From positions 1 to 56,310 of the forward strand of contig CAZPAS010000001.1 in the NCBI GenBank assembly GCA_964584575.1: a DNA stretch of 56,310 nucleotides. The letters are read 5' to 3'. Position numbers and translations under genes: made by a program. Positions 43,736-52,145 of this stretch are shown piece after piece. Under the pieces are notes generated by a model. The model ran no database searches and was not told the origin of the DNA. It saw nothing but the letters and a program-made list of their open reading frames with translations. The stretch is from an uncultured Dehalococcoidaceae bacterium. GTDB lineage: Bacteria; Chloroflexota; Dehalococcoidia; Dehalococcoidales; RBG-16-60-22. Within the stretch, counting starts at the first letter, position 1. Each line of letters starts with the position of its first letter.

Positions 43736-45033
43736 ATCAGTGCCCTTCCTGCCTGTATGATATCTTTAACCAGTTGCCAGAATGATATTTTTCCCTTCAT
43801 CTCCTCCCTGACCAGGCTGAGTATTTTCTTTCTCGGTTTACCGTTGACCCGGAATATCCTTCTCGATATTCCACAGACCAGCGAAGGATATAACTCGTAT
43901 ATGCGGGGGTTGTCCTGAAATGCCGGGGCATGGCGGAAGGTTTTCATATCCTGAAGCACAAAGCTTTCCTCGAGCAGTCTTCTGTAAGAGGCAAGCCCTT
44001 TCCTGGTGAAATCCCCTTTCTGGCTGGCCGTGATGATAGCCTGCGCGGCGGCATAGCCGGAAGCAATAGCTAAATTCATTCCCTGAAGGGTGAGTCCCGT
44101 AGATACCAGCAAGCCGGCCGCGTCACCCGCTACCAGCAAGCCATCGCAGCAGAGTTCCGGGACCATCTTCATCCCCGCTTCAGGAATCAGGTGTCCCGAA
44201 TACTCCTTCAGGATGGTATCTTTGATAGCCGGTTTAACGCAGGGACTATTCTTGAAATTATCCAGGAGTTCGGCAATTGATATTTGCTTTTCCTGCAATG
44301 AATTCAACCTGACGACGATTCCGAGAGACAGGCTGGTCTTGTTGGTATAAAGAAAGGCGCCTCCCGCCAACCCCCGGGTACAGTCCCCGATGAAACTCTG
44401 GGCCAGGCCCTCGCCTTTGGAAAGACCGAACCTCGCCTCTATGATTTCCTCTGGTAGAGCCAGTACCTCCTTGGCAGCGACGGCAAAGGACGAATTGTCA
44501 TATTCCTTCCGGAGGCCGGCTTTTTTCGCCAGCAGGGAATTGGCGCCGTCGGCGGCGATGACGACATCGGCAAGCACTTCTCCCTCGGCTCTCCGAGCTG
44601 TGACCCCGGTTACCTTATCCCCGTCCCGGATAAGGTCATCTACGACCGTACCCGGGATAATAAAAGCTCCGGCCTCCTGTGCTCTTTCAGCATACCAGGG
44701 GTCGAATTTAGCTCTCAGTAAGGTAACGCCGTTGTAAGGCGGAGAGCCGAATTCATCGTCCGAAGGGGTTATGGAAAAGGACGAACCGGCAGTCAGGAAG
44801 GTAAGGACATGCCTGGTTACATACCTTTCAATCGGGGCCTGATTCCAGAAATCGGGTAGAAGCTCTTCGAGCTCCCGGGTATAATAAAGCACCCCGCCGA
44901 ACATGTTCTTGGTGCCGGGTCGGTCACCCCTCTCGAAAATCGCGACCTTCATCCCGGCCCGCGCCAGTACGATAGCCGCGGTGCAGCCGGCCGGCCCGGC
45001 GCCGACGATTACGACGTCAAACTTCTCAGGCAT
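43726..45033 (-). CDS. fixC: FixC-type FAD-dependent oxidoreductase (ETF-quinone oxidoreductase-like)
   Basis: MPEKFDVVIVGAGPAGCTAA dinucleotide fold. ATG 45033 overlaps the etfA stop by 8 nt, so the track start at 45123 is too long. Confidence 0.85.
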   Translation of the reverse strand: MPEKFDVVIVGAGPAGCTAAIVLARAGMKVAIFERGDRPGTKNMFGGVLYYTRELEELLPDFWNQAPIERYVTRHVLTFLTAGSSFSITPSDDEFGSPPYNGVTLLRAKFDPWYAERAQEAGAFIIPGTVVDDLIRDGDKVTGVTARRAEGEVLADVVIAADGANSLLAKKAGLRKEYDNSSFAVAAKEVLALPEEIIEARFGLSKGEGLAQSFIGDCTRGLAGGAFLYTNKTSLSLGIVVRLNSLQEKQISIAELLDNFKNSPCVKPAIKDTILKEYSGHLIPEAGMKMVPELCCDGLLVAGDAAGLLVSTGLTLQGMNLAIASGYAAAQAIITASQKGDFTRKGLASYRRLLEESFVLQDMKTFRHAPAFQDNPRIYELYPSLVCGISRRIFRVNGKPRKKILSLVREEMKGKISFWQLVKDIIQAGRALIWP

Positions 45034-46057
45034 TACCCGCCTCGGCGTTATTATTGTCCGTTTCCTCAGCCGCCTCAGGCAGCTCTTCGATAATGGCGGA
45101 AATAACCCCGGTAACGTCTCCAATGATACTCATGTCCGCTACTTTAAAAATCGGGGCGTTGCGGTCTTTATTAATGGCGATGATAAACCCGGAGTCTTTC
45201 ATGCCCAGGACGTGGTAGACCGAACCCGAGATGCCACAAGCAACGTACAGCTTCGGGGCGACGGTCGTACCGGTCTGTCCGACGAGTTTCTTGCGGGGCA
45301 GCCAGCCTTCATCCACCGCTCCCAGAGAGCCTGCCACGACACCTCCTAAACGCCCGGCAAACCCCTCAAGAAGCTGAACATTTTCAAGGCTGCCCACTCC
45401 CTTACCGCCGGCTACGATAACTTCGGCTTCATCAAGACTGATTTTATCAGGAGCAGCTTTAACCACGCTTTTTACGCGTATACGTCTCTCACCCCGGCCC
45501 GGCTCCGGCGTAATTTCTCTTATCTTCGCCTGCCTGGTGTTATCCTGACGTGATACCGTCATTATGCCGGGTTTAACCGTGGCTATCTGTGTGCCTGATG
45601 ACGGGCAGAGAATCGTGCTGCTTATCCTGCCGCCATGGGTGAGTCTGGTCCCCGTTAGTCGCCCATTATCATTGATGGACAGGATGATGCACTCGGAAAT
45701 CAGCCCGGTACCCAGCCTGGCCGCCAGTCTGGGGGCCAGTTCGCGACCGGTCAGGGTAGCTCCGCACAGAAATATGTCGGGAGATTCATCCTTAATAAGC
45801 CCGGATAGGACTTCTGTATAAAAATCAGTGCTGTATTCAAATTGTCGGGAGTTATCCAGAAGAAATATATCATCGGCGCCATAACTCGCCAGTTCCCCGG
45901 CCAGCACCTGGCTGTCGTTGCCGACTGCTAATGCAACGACCCGGCCCCCAAGGTCATCGGCCAGCTGCCGGCCACAACTCAAGGTCTCCAGGCTGGCAGC
46001 TTCTATCTGACTTTCTTCACGCTCGATAAGGACCCAGACACTCTTGCTTTCAGACAC
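45026..46057 (-). CDS. etfA: Electron transfer flavoprotein alpha subunit (EtfA/FixB)
   Basis: GTG start. The C-terminal FAD-binding region is LYVACGISGSVYHVLGMKDSGFIIAINKDRNAPIF. Confidence 0.85.
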   Translation of the reverse strand: MSESKSVWVLIEREESQIEAASLETLSCGRQLADDLGGRVVALAVGNDSQVLAGELASYGADDIFLLDNSRQFEYSTDFYTEVLSGLIKDESPDIFLCGATLTGRELAPRLAARLGTGLISECIILSINDNGRLTGTRLTHGGRISSTILCPSSGTQIATVKPGIMTVSRQDNTRQAKIREITPEPGRGERRIRVKSVVKAAPDKISLDEAEVIVAGGKGVGSLENVQLLEGFAGRLGGVVAGSLGAVDEGWLPRKKLVGQTGTTVAPKLYVACGISGSVYHVLGMKDSGFIIAINKDRNAPIFKVADMSIIGDVTGVISAIIEELPEAAEETDNNNAEAGNA

Positions 46058-46091
46058 TTTTTGGTATTCTTTCTCTTAATATCGGGCCGGT

Positions 46092-48056
46092 CTACAACCA
46101 CCGGCCGGCATTAGCTCCGTCCCAGACCGAGTCCTGCAGGAGACGCGGAGCGAGGCAGTGACCTACGGAATAAATTTCCTTCACTTCGCCTTTCAGGGCA
46201 CGATACAGGGCATCATCCGCTCTCCCGATTGCCGAATATACCACCGTATCCACTCCCTCAATACGCCTTTCGGCGCCGGTAACGGCATGGGCCACCACCA
46301 CGGTACTGCCCGCTATCTCCCTGACCTGTGTCAGGGGCGTAATGACGCCGCCGTTGCTCAATAGCTGCTGGTACATAAATGTCAGGGTGTTGGTCTCCAG
46401 TTCGGAACCGGCGTAGAGGCAATGCGTAATTAATTCTACCTTCTTTCCTTTATCCGTGAGGAAGATAGCCACCCCCAGCGCCTGTTCGTGCTGCTCGGCG
46501 GCAATTACCACCACATTTTCACCGACTTCTACTTTTTCCTGCAAAACATCGCGTACCCACACCACATTGTCACTATCGCCGCCCTTTACCATGGGCCTGG
46601 CAGGCACCGAACCCGTAGCTATCACTACGGCGTCCGGGTTCTTTTCCCTGACCATTTCCGGCGTGACTTCCGTTTCACGTACGACTTCCACGCCGAGCAG
46701 CCCCATCTGGTAGGTATAATACCTGGGGACCTCGGCGAAGTCTTCCCTTTTCGGTATCCTGGCGGCTATATTCAGCTGACCTCCCAGTTCTCTTTCCTTC
46801 TCATAAAGGGTAACCCGGTGCCCTCTCAGCGCGGCGACTCTGGCTGTCTCCAGGCCGGCGGCCCCCCCGCCGATTACCATCACCGTCTTTTTCGTCTCCG
46901 CCGGGATTATTGTCGCCATCTGCTCTTCCCTGCCCGCTTCCGGGTTGATGGCGCAGGTAACAGGAGCCCGCCTCAAGAAGTTGCCGGCACAGGACTGGAT
47001 ACAGGCGATACACTTGCGTATCTCCTCGACTCTACCCTCCCGCGCCTTGTTGGGCCATTCGGGGTCACAGATAAGTCCCCGGGCTATGCCGATAAGGTCC
47101 GCCTGATTGTCCGTCAGTATCTGCTCGGCCTGGACCGGGTCGTTGATTCTGCCGTGGCATATCACCGGGAGACTGACCACTTCCTTAACGCCGGCGGCCA
47201 GATAAACGAAGCACCCCAGCGGGAAATGCATGGGAGGAATGTGTCCGGCCATACCGGCGCTGATACTCAGATAGTCAACCTTACCGTCGTCCTCAACTTT
47301 GGCAGCGAGCACTTTAGTATCGTCAAGGGTTGTGCCGCCGTTCATCAGCATATCGCCGACCAGCCTTAGACCTACCACGAAATCCGGGCCGACGGCTTTC
47401 CTGACGGCATCGATAATTTCCATCTGGAACCTGAAACGATTGTCCAGGCTGCCGCCATACTCATCGGTACGCCTGTTACCAAAAGGCGACAGAAATGAAG
47501 TGAGTAGTCCGCCGGTACCCATGTCGGAGGTAATTTCAACGCCGTCATAACCCGTTTCCTGCATTCTTCGGGCCGATTCGGCATATGACTTTATGATTAA
47601 TTTTATCTCTTCGATGCTTATCTCGTGGGAAACGCTGTTTCCCAGCGCATTAGGCAGCATCCCCATTACTCCTCCCCCGGCGGTAGCTGCAAATCCCGCG
47701 CCCGCGTCGTCTATAAAACCGGTCAATGAACCGAGATGCGTCAGCTGTGCCACGACCGCGGCACCATTGTCATGCACAGCCCTGCTAATCATTTCAAAAG
47801 CGGGCATTGCTTTATCATCGCAGGTGGCGATATAACTGCGGGATGTACTCGAAGGCCATACCACGTTCTGCGGCGTGACGATAAGTCCGGCACCTCCCCT
47901 GGCCCTGGCTGCCAGGTAATGCATCATTCTTTCGTTCGGAGCTTCACCCTCGCCGTAAAAAGCCGTACAATGAGCGGGGCATACTATCCTGTTACGCAGT
48001 GTTATATTGCCTATCTTGACGGGTGAAAATAGGTGTTTGAATTCCTGCTCGGCCAT
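46092..48056 (-). CDS. OYE-domain / FAD-NAD(P)-domain flavoenzyme with [4Fe-4S] (2,4-dienoyl-CoA reductase / enoate reductase family), paralogue A
   Basis: N-terminal OYE TIM-barrel pattern (FSPVKIGNITLRNRIV); CIACIQSCAGNFLRRAPVTC (CX2CX3CX11C); VMVIGGGAAGLE Rossmann; 654 aa. Confidence 0.85.
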   Translation of the reverse strand: MAEQEFKHLFSPVKIGNITLRNRIVCPAHCTAFYGEGEAPNERMMHYLAARARGGAGLIVTPQNVVWPSSTSRSYIATCDDKAMPAFEMISRAVHDNGAAVVAQLTHLGSLTGFIDDAGAGFAATAGGGVMGMLPNALGNSVSHEISIEEIKLIIKSYAESARRMQETGYDGVEITSDMGTGGLLTSFLSPFGNRRTDEYGGSLDNRFRFQMEIIDAVRKAVGPDFVVGLRLVGDMLMNGGTTLDDTKVLAAKVEDDGKVDYLSISAGMAGHIPPMHFPLGCFVYLAAGVKEVVSLPVICHGRINDPVQAEQILTDNQADLIGIARGLICDPEWPNKAREGRVEEIRKCIACIQSCAGNFLRRAPVTCAINPEAGREEQMATIIPAETKKTVMVIGGGAAGLETARVAALRGHRVTLYEKERELGGQLNIAARIPKREDFAEVPRYYTYQMGLLGVEVVRETEVTPEMVREKNPDAVVIATGSVPARPMVKGGDSDNVVWVRDVLQEKVEVGENVVVIAAEQHEQALGVAIFLTDKGKKVELITHCLYAGSELETNTLTFMYQQLLSNGGVITPLTQVREIAGSTVVVAHAVTGAERRIEGVDTVVYSAIGRADDALYRALKGEVKEIYSVGHCLAPRLLQDSVWDGANAGRWL

Positions 48057-48121
48057 GTTCGTACTCCCAATTTCAAGTATTTGATTACCTGCGAATGCAC
48101 TTGACTGTTATTCCTGATGAT

Positions 48122-50050
48122 TTATATTCCCCTGGCCGCGACATAGGCATCGGCTATGGAATCGAGCAATTTCCGCGGTGAGAAAGCCTGCCCGACGAGG
48201 TACAGCTCTTTTACCTGCCCTTTAAGGGCATGATAGAGTTCATCGTTGGCTTTCTCATCGGTGCAGACAACGACGGTATCAATCTCCTCTATTTGCCGCT
48301 CAGCATTAGTAATCACGTGATAAACGGTGGCGGTCTTTCCATTTACTTCTTTTAGACCCGTGAGGGGCGTTATTACCACTCCCCGGCTGAGAGCGTTAAG
48401 GTAGGCGGTTTCGATGGTGTAAATATCTACTTCTGTGCCCGCGAAGGCCGCATCGGTTATCAGTTCCACCTTCTTGCCTCTCTCCGCCAGGAAATCGGCG
48501 ACATCCAGACCGTAGAGGTGGTGCTGGTAGTCTACCACCAGTACGTTCTGCCCGACCTCTACTTCTTCCGAGAGGACCTTCTTCATTTCTACCACATTTC
48601 CATTTTCAGAACCCGGGATTTCCGGCATAAAAGGCAGTCCTCCGGTAGCGACGATAACGGCGTCAGGCTGCTGCCGGACAACCATCTCCTGTGTTACATT
48701 CGTCCCCAGGTGCACATCAACGCCAAGTGATTGCATCTGGTAAGCCAGGTATCTCTTTGCTTCGGAAAAATCCTGCCTTCCGGGCGCCTTGGCGGCAATA
48801 TCCAGGTCCCTGGCCAGGGTATCGTTCTTCTCATACAGAGATACTGCATGGCCCCTTAATGCGGCTACCCTGGCGGCTTCGAGTCCGGCGGCTCCGCCGC
48901 CGATTACCATTACCTTCTTTTTTACTTCGGCAGGTTTGATGGGGCCCTGACTTTCCCGTCCTGTTTCATAATTAAGGGCACAGGCAATCGGCAGTTGCAT
49001 GAAACTGGGCCCGACACAACCCTCGTTACAGGCGATGCACCGGCGGATATCCTCCAGTCTGCCTTCCCGCGCCTTATTCGGCATTTCGGGATCGCACATG
49101 AGCGCCCGGGTCATACCGATAATATCCGCCTGGTGATTAGCCAGCACGCTTTCCGCCAGCACCGGGTCGTTAATCCTGCCGACGACGACTACAGGAAGAT
49201 CGACGGCTTCTTTAATCGCAGCGGAAATATAGGTAAAAGCACCCAGCGGGAAGTACATGGGAGGCACGTGCCCCGAGCCGACGGCATCGGCGCAGGCAAA
49301 CAGGTAGTCCACCTTACCCGTTGCTTCCAGTGCTCTGGCAATCTCTTTCGCTTCGTCGAGGGTATTCCCGTGCTCACCGGTCCACCAGACGCGTTCGATG
49401 AACTCATCCCCGTTAAATCTCACGCCCAGGGGCATTTCCGGCCCGATGTTCTCTCTGATAGAATCGATGCACTCCAGCAGAAACCTCATGCGGTTCTCCA
49501 GGCTTCCCCCGTATTCATCGGTGCGGGTGTTTAAAATCGGGGAGATAAACTGGGCCTGAAGCAGGGACCAGGCAGCCATAATCTCGATGCCGTCATACCC
49601 GGCTTTTTTCATGACCAGGGCAGCTGCCCCGAACGCTTGTACAAAACGCCTGATATCGTCCTTGTCCATGGAATGCGGAACGCCAGCCGGTCCTGCCTTA
49701 AGCGGCCATCTGACCTTTACCGGCGATGGCGCCAGCGTCGCGCCGCCACCGGTCATCCGTGCCCACATACGCCCGCCATGATGGAACAACTGGGCGAAAA
49801 TTCTCGTGGGATACTGATGCACGGCATCGGTCAGCGCTTTCAACTCGGGAATCACGGATTCATTGGTGGTAAACGGGGCATGAGGCGATGACATAACCAT
49901 TCCGGCGCCACCCCTGGCTCTAGCGGCAAAATACTGTATCTTGCTGTCACCGGTCAGCCTGGGAAAAGCCCCCGTTAATATTATCCTGTTGGGCAAAGTC
50001 ACATTGCCTAGCTTGATGGGCGAAAAAAGATTCTTAAATTCCTGCTCCAT
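48122..50050 (-). CDS. OYE-domain / FAD-NAD(P)-domain flavoenzyme with [4Fe-4S] (2,4-dienoyl-CoA reductase / enoate reductase family), paralogue B
   Basis: FSPIKLGNVTLPNRII; CIACNEGCVGPSFMQLPIAC; VMVIGGGAAGLE; 642 aa. Confidence 0.85.
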   Translation of the reverse strand: MEQEFKNLFSPIKLGNVTLPNRIILTGAFPRLTGDSKIQYFAARARGGAGMVMSSPHAPFTTNESVIPELKALTDAVHQYPTRIFAQLFHHGGRMWARMTGGGATLAPSPVKVRWPLKAGPAGVPHSMDKDDIRRFVQAFGAAALVMKKAGYDGIEIMAAWSLLQAQFISPILNTRTDEYGGSLENRMRFLLECIDSIRENIGPEMPLGVRFNGDEFIERVWWTGEHGNTLDEAKEIARALEATGKVDYLFACADAVGSGHVPPMYFPLGAFTYISAAIKEAVDLPVVVVGRINDPVLAESVLANHQADIIGMTRALMCDPEMPNKAREGRLEDIRRCIACNEGCVGPSFMQLPIACALNYETGRESQGPIKPAEVKKKVMVIGGGAAGLEAARVAALRGHAVSLYEKNDTLARDLDIAAKAPGRQDFSEAKRYLAYQMQSLGVDVHLGTNVTQEMVVRQQPDAVIVATGGLPFMPEIPGSENGNVVEMKKVLSEEVEVGQNVLVVDYQHHLYGLDVADFLAERGKKVELITDAAFAGTEVDIYTIETAYLNALSRGVVITPLTGLKEVNGKTATVYHVITNAERQIEEIDTVVVCTDEKANDELYHALKGQVKELYLVGQAFSPRKLLDSIADAYVAARGI

Positions 50051-50182
50051 TATATCGGCGCCTCACTATCTGGATTATCAACATTAACACATGCATGGAC
50101 ATCAATACGACATAAACACTCAATCACGATTCTTGATTTTTCCTGCGCGTGACCAGCGATGACAGAATACTGGAACATGGAT

Positions 50183-50211
50183 ACTTTAACTGGTTGAACT
50201 ATCCTTGTCAA
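50183..50211 (-). promoter_or_regulatory. Sigma70-like promoter candidate (TTGACA-17-TAAAGT) for the OYE/ETF operon
   Basis: On the minus strand, TTGACA (50206-50211) and TAAAGT (50183-50188) have a 17-nt spacer. This implies a 5' leader of about 125 nt before ATG 50050. Confidence 0.4.
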
Positions 50212-50325
50212 GGCGCGGAAATTCCCGTATTTACCGCAGATATCGGACAACTTTCAGGCATAATGTGTGGAGGCATAAAAACCATGCGAATAAAAAGAAG
50301 CAGCAGCTATGAAATCCCGAGATTC

Positions 50326-50401
50326 TGGTGGAGCCGGCGGGATTCGAACCCGCTACCTTTTGACTGCCAGTCAAACGTTCTCCCAAGTGAACTACGGCCC
50401 C
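50326..50401 (-). tRNA. tRNA-Ala (anticodon GGC), CCA encoded
   Basis: The reverse complement folds as a cloverleaf: acceptor GGGGCCG/CGGCUCC with G3:U70, D arm GUUC/GAAC, anticodon arm UUUGA-CUGGCAG-UCAAA, variable loop AGGUA, and T arm GCGGG-UUCGAAU-CCCGC, ending ACCA. Length is 76 nt. Confidence 0.92.
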
Positions 50402-50416
50402 ACAAACGCATATCTA

Positions 50417-50445
50417 ATTTAACATATATCCGGCAGGACTGGCAA
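50417..50445 (-). promoter_or_regulatory. Sigma70-like promoter candidate (TTGCCA-17-TTAAAT) for tRNA-Ala
   Basis: On the minus strand, TTGCCA (50440-50445) and TTAAAT (50417-50422) have a 17-nt spacer. The -10 element ends 15 nt before the mature tRNA 5' end. Confidence 0.45.
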
Positions 50446-50590
50446 GAATCGGCATGTTTCTCTCCTTAAAAATAGCCAATATATACGGCTTGTTTATACC
50501 GCCGCCGTTTGTGTTTATGCCCTGTTTATATCTCCGGTGCTATCCTTATACCAGATAATCAAGTTGTTCCCCAGCTTGATAGCAGCCCAA

Positions 50591-50657
50591 AAGAAGGAGG
50601 GGCTGGGCAAGTCCTCAAGAAGGGAGTTTGAGGATTCGCCCGGCCCCTTCTCTTTTT
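50591..50657 (+). other. Compound GC-rich stem-loop followed by a T-tract (orphan terminator-like element or small RNA 3' end)
   Basis: The outer stem GGGGCTGGGC (50599-50608) pairs with GCCCGGCCCC (50638-50647, one G.T) and extends into AAGAAGG/CCTTCT. The inner stem is TCCTCAA (50612-50618) / TTGAGGA (50628-50634). TTTTT follows at 50653-50657. No upstream plus-strand gene is available for it to terminate. Confidence 0.4.
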
Positions 50658-50734
50658 ACGGTCCGGTCTTTACTTCTCATGCGTATATGGGATAAAATCT
50701 CATGACAGCCGGTAGCGTTTGGAGGAGAGAGCCT

Positions 50735-51418
50735 ATGAAGAGAAAATCACTTCACTGGATACTCATTACCCTGTTAACCGCGGCATTACTGCTCGCAGGG
50801 TCTTGCGGCGATTCAGAGCCGGAAACGGAACCATCGCCGGCACCGCAGCCGGAAGCGGAACCATCGCCGGCACCGCAACCGGAAACGGAACCAGAATCAG
50901 CACCGGAGGTAAAAATCATGCAGTGGGACTCACCACCCGAAATGATAATCGATACGAACAAGAAATACACGGCTATCATGGAAACGGAAAAAGGTACTAT
51001 GGTCATTGAGCTGTTTGCCGCGGACGTCCCGAAGACGGTCAACAACTTTGTCTTCCTTGCCAGGCAGGGATATTACGACGGCACCACCTTTCACCGGGTG
51101 ATTCCCGGCTTCATGGCGCAGGGTGGCGACCCCACCGGCACGGGCAGAGGCGGTCCCGGCTACAAATTCGAGGATGAATTTACCTCGCACGGACACGAGG
51201 CAGGGACCTTATCCATGGCTAATGCCGGCCCCAATACCAACGGCTCGCAGTTCTTCATCTGCTTCGCACCGCAGCACGGACTCGATGGCAGGCACAGCGT
51301 CTTCGGGCAGATTACCGAAGGCATGGATGTCCTCAAAAGCATTACGCCCCGCGACCCTACGAAAAATCCCCAGTTCGAGGGAGATAAGATAATAAGGGTT
51401 ACGATTACGGAAGAATAG
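50735..51418 (+). CDS. Cyclophilin-type peptidyl-prolyl cis-trans isomerase, probable lipoprotein with Pro/Glu-rich linker
   Basis: GGAGGAG Shine-Dalgarno precedes ATG 50735. The signal peptide has an LLAGSC lipobox-like end. Cyclophilin motifs are [32 protein letters not shown] and HSVFG. Confidence 0.9.
   Translation: MKRKSLHWILITLLTAALLLAGSCGDSEPETEPSPAPQPEAEPSPAPQPETEPESAPEVKIMQWDSPPEMIIDTNKKYTAIMETEKGTMVIELFAADVPKTVNNFVFLARQGYYDGTTFHRVIPGFMAQGGDPTGTGRGGPGYKFEDEFTSHGHEAGTLSMANAGPNTNGSQFFICFAPQHGLDGRHSVFGQITEGMDVLKSITPRDPTKNPQFEGDKIIRVTITEE
50821..50910 (+). repeat. 30-bp tandem repeat, about 2.5 copies, encoding (PE[TA]EPSPAPQ)n in the PPIase linker
   Basis: The copies at 50821-50850 and 50851-50880 differ at 2 of 30 positions. 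The third copy (50881-50910) matches only for the first 13 nt. Confidence 0.8.
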
Positions 51419-51420
51419 CC

Positions 51421-52080
51421 TCAGACGTCTATCCCGATAGCACGGAACAGTCCCTTGAGTCCGAAGTACCCCGCGTAGACCACCGTAGCGCACTTGATGA
51501 GTTTGCCCGCCAGGACGATAAATATATATTTCTTCAAGCCGAAGCGCAGCGCCCCCGCGGCGAGCGCCGCCGGGTAAAAGAACGGGTTGACTACCGACGC
51601 CACGATAAACAGGGTAAGCGGACCCCGGCGTTCCATAAGTCCCAGCATCTTCTCATAGGCGGACTGTATCCTGCCTTGTTTGCTGCTGCTGATAGCCCTG
51701 CCGGCTCCATGTCCCGTCATGTAAATGGTCAGCGCGCCAACGAGTTCTCCGAGTGCCGCCGATACCGCCAGCAGCAGTGCCTCCCACGGACCGGTCATGG
51801 CTCCGCCCAGTGCGAAGACCACCGCCAGCATGGGCACGGGTATGATGATAGTGGCTCCACCCAGGATGCTGATGAAAAAGGCGCCGATGTAGCCGTATTG
51901 CTTCAGCCTGCCGATTTCGTTGCCGTAGTAGACGATAGCCGCGACCATCAGTACTGTAAGTACTATTCCTACGATACCAAGGACATAAGCCAACGCAGGA
52001 GACTTCTTTTCAGTCGCCTCTGCGGCATCGGAGCTTACAGCTACTTCGGAGGGCTTCTCTTCGGGTGCGTGCTTGGTCAT
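51421..52080 (-). CDS. DedA/YqaA (SNARE-associated, VTT) family membrane protein
   Basis: Polytopic membrane protein of 219 aa. The segment GAFFISILGGATIIIPVP...LLAV is typical of the YqaA/DedA family by eye. Confidence 0.7.
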   Translation of the reverse strand: MTKHAPEEKPSEVAVSSDAAEATEKKSPALAYVLGIVGIVLTVLMVAAIVYYGNEIGRLKQYGYIGAFFISILGGATIIIPVPMLAVVFALGGAMTGPWEALLLAVSAALGELVGALTIYMTGHGAGRAISSSKQGRIQSAYEKMLGLMERRGPLTLFIVASVVNPFFYPAALAAGALRFGLKKYIFIVLAGKLIKCATVVYAGYFGLKGLFRAIGIDV

Positions 52081-52145
52081 AGCGTGCCTATATTATACAC
52101 GCATGTGCAAGTCGTACGCTACAAAGCGGAAAAAGTGAAGTGGTA

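Noticed and set aside
46092-50050. In-frame TGA (selenocysteine) or frameshifts in the redox enzymes (AORs, OYE-type enzymes, NuoF-like).
   Set aside because: All these ORFs are uninterrupted and of full family-typical length in the six-frame track, so there is no evidence for recoding or pseudogenisation.
50149-50469. 106-aa plus-strand ORF spanning the tRNA-Ala locus, and the 66-aa ORF at 50050-50250.
   Set aside because: The first overlaps a well-folding tRNA on the opposite strand. Both lie in promoter or leader regions, and neither has a Shine-Dalgarno or recognisable motifs.
50051-50734. tRNA-linked genomic island or integrated element next to tRNA-Ala.
   Set aside because: No integrase, excisionase or phage gene flanks the tRNA. 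I did not notice a direct repeat of the tRNA 3' half elsewhere in the window. The flanking genes are housekeeping or metabolic.
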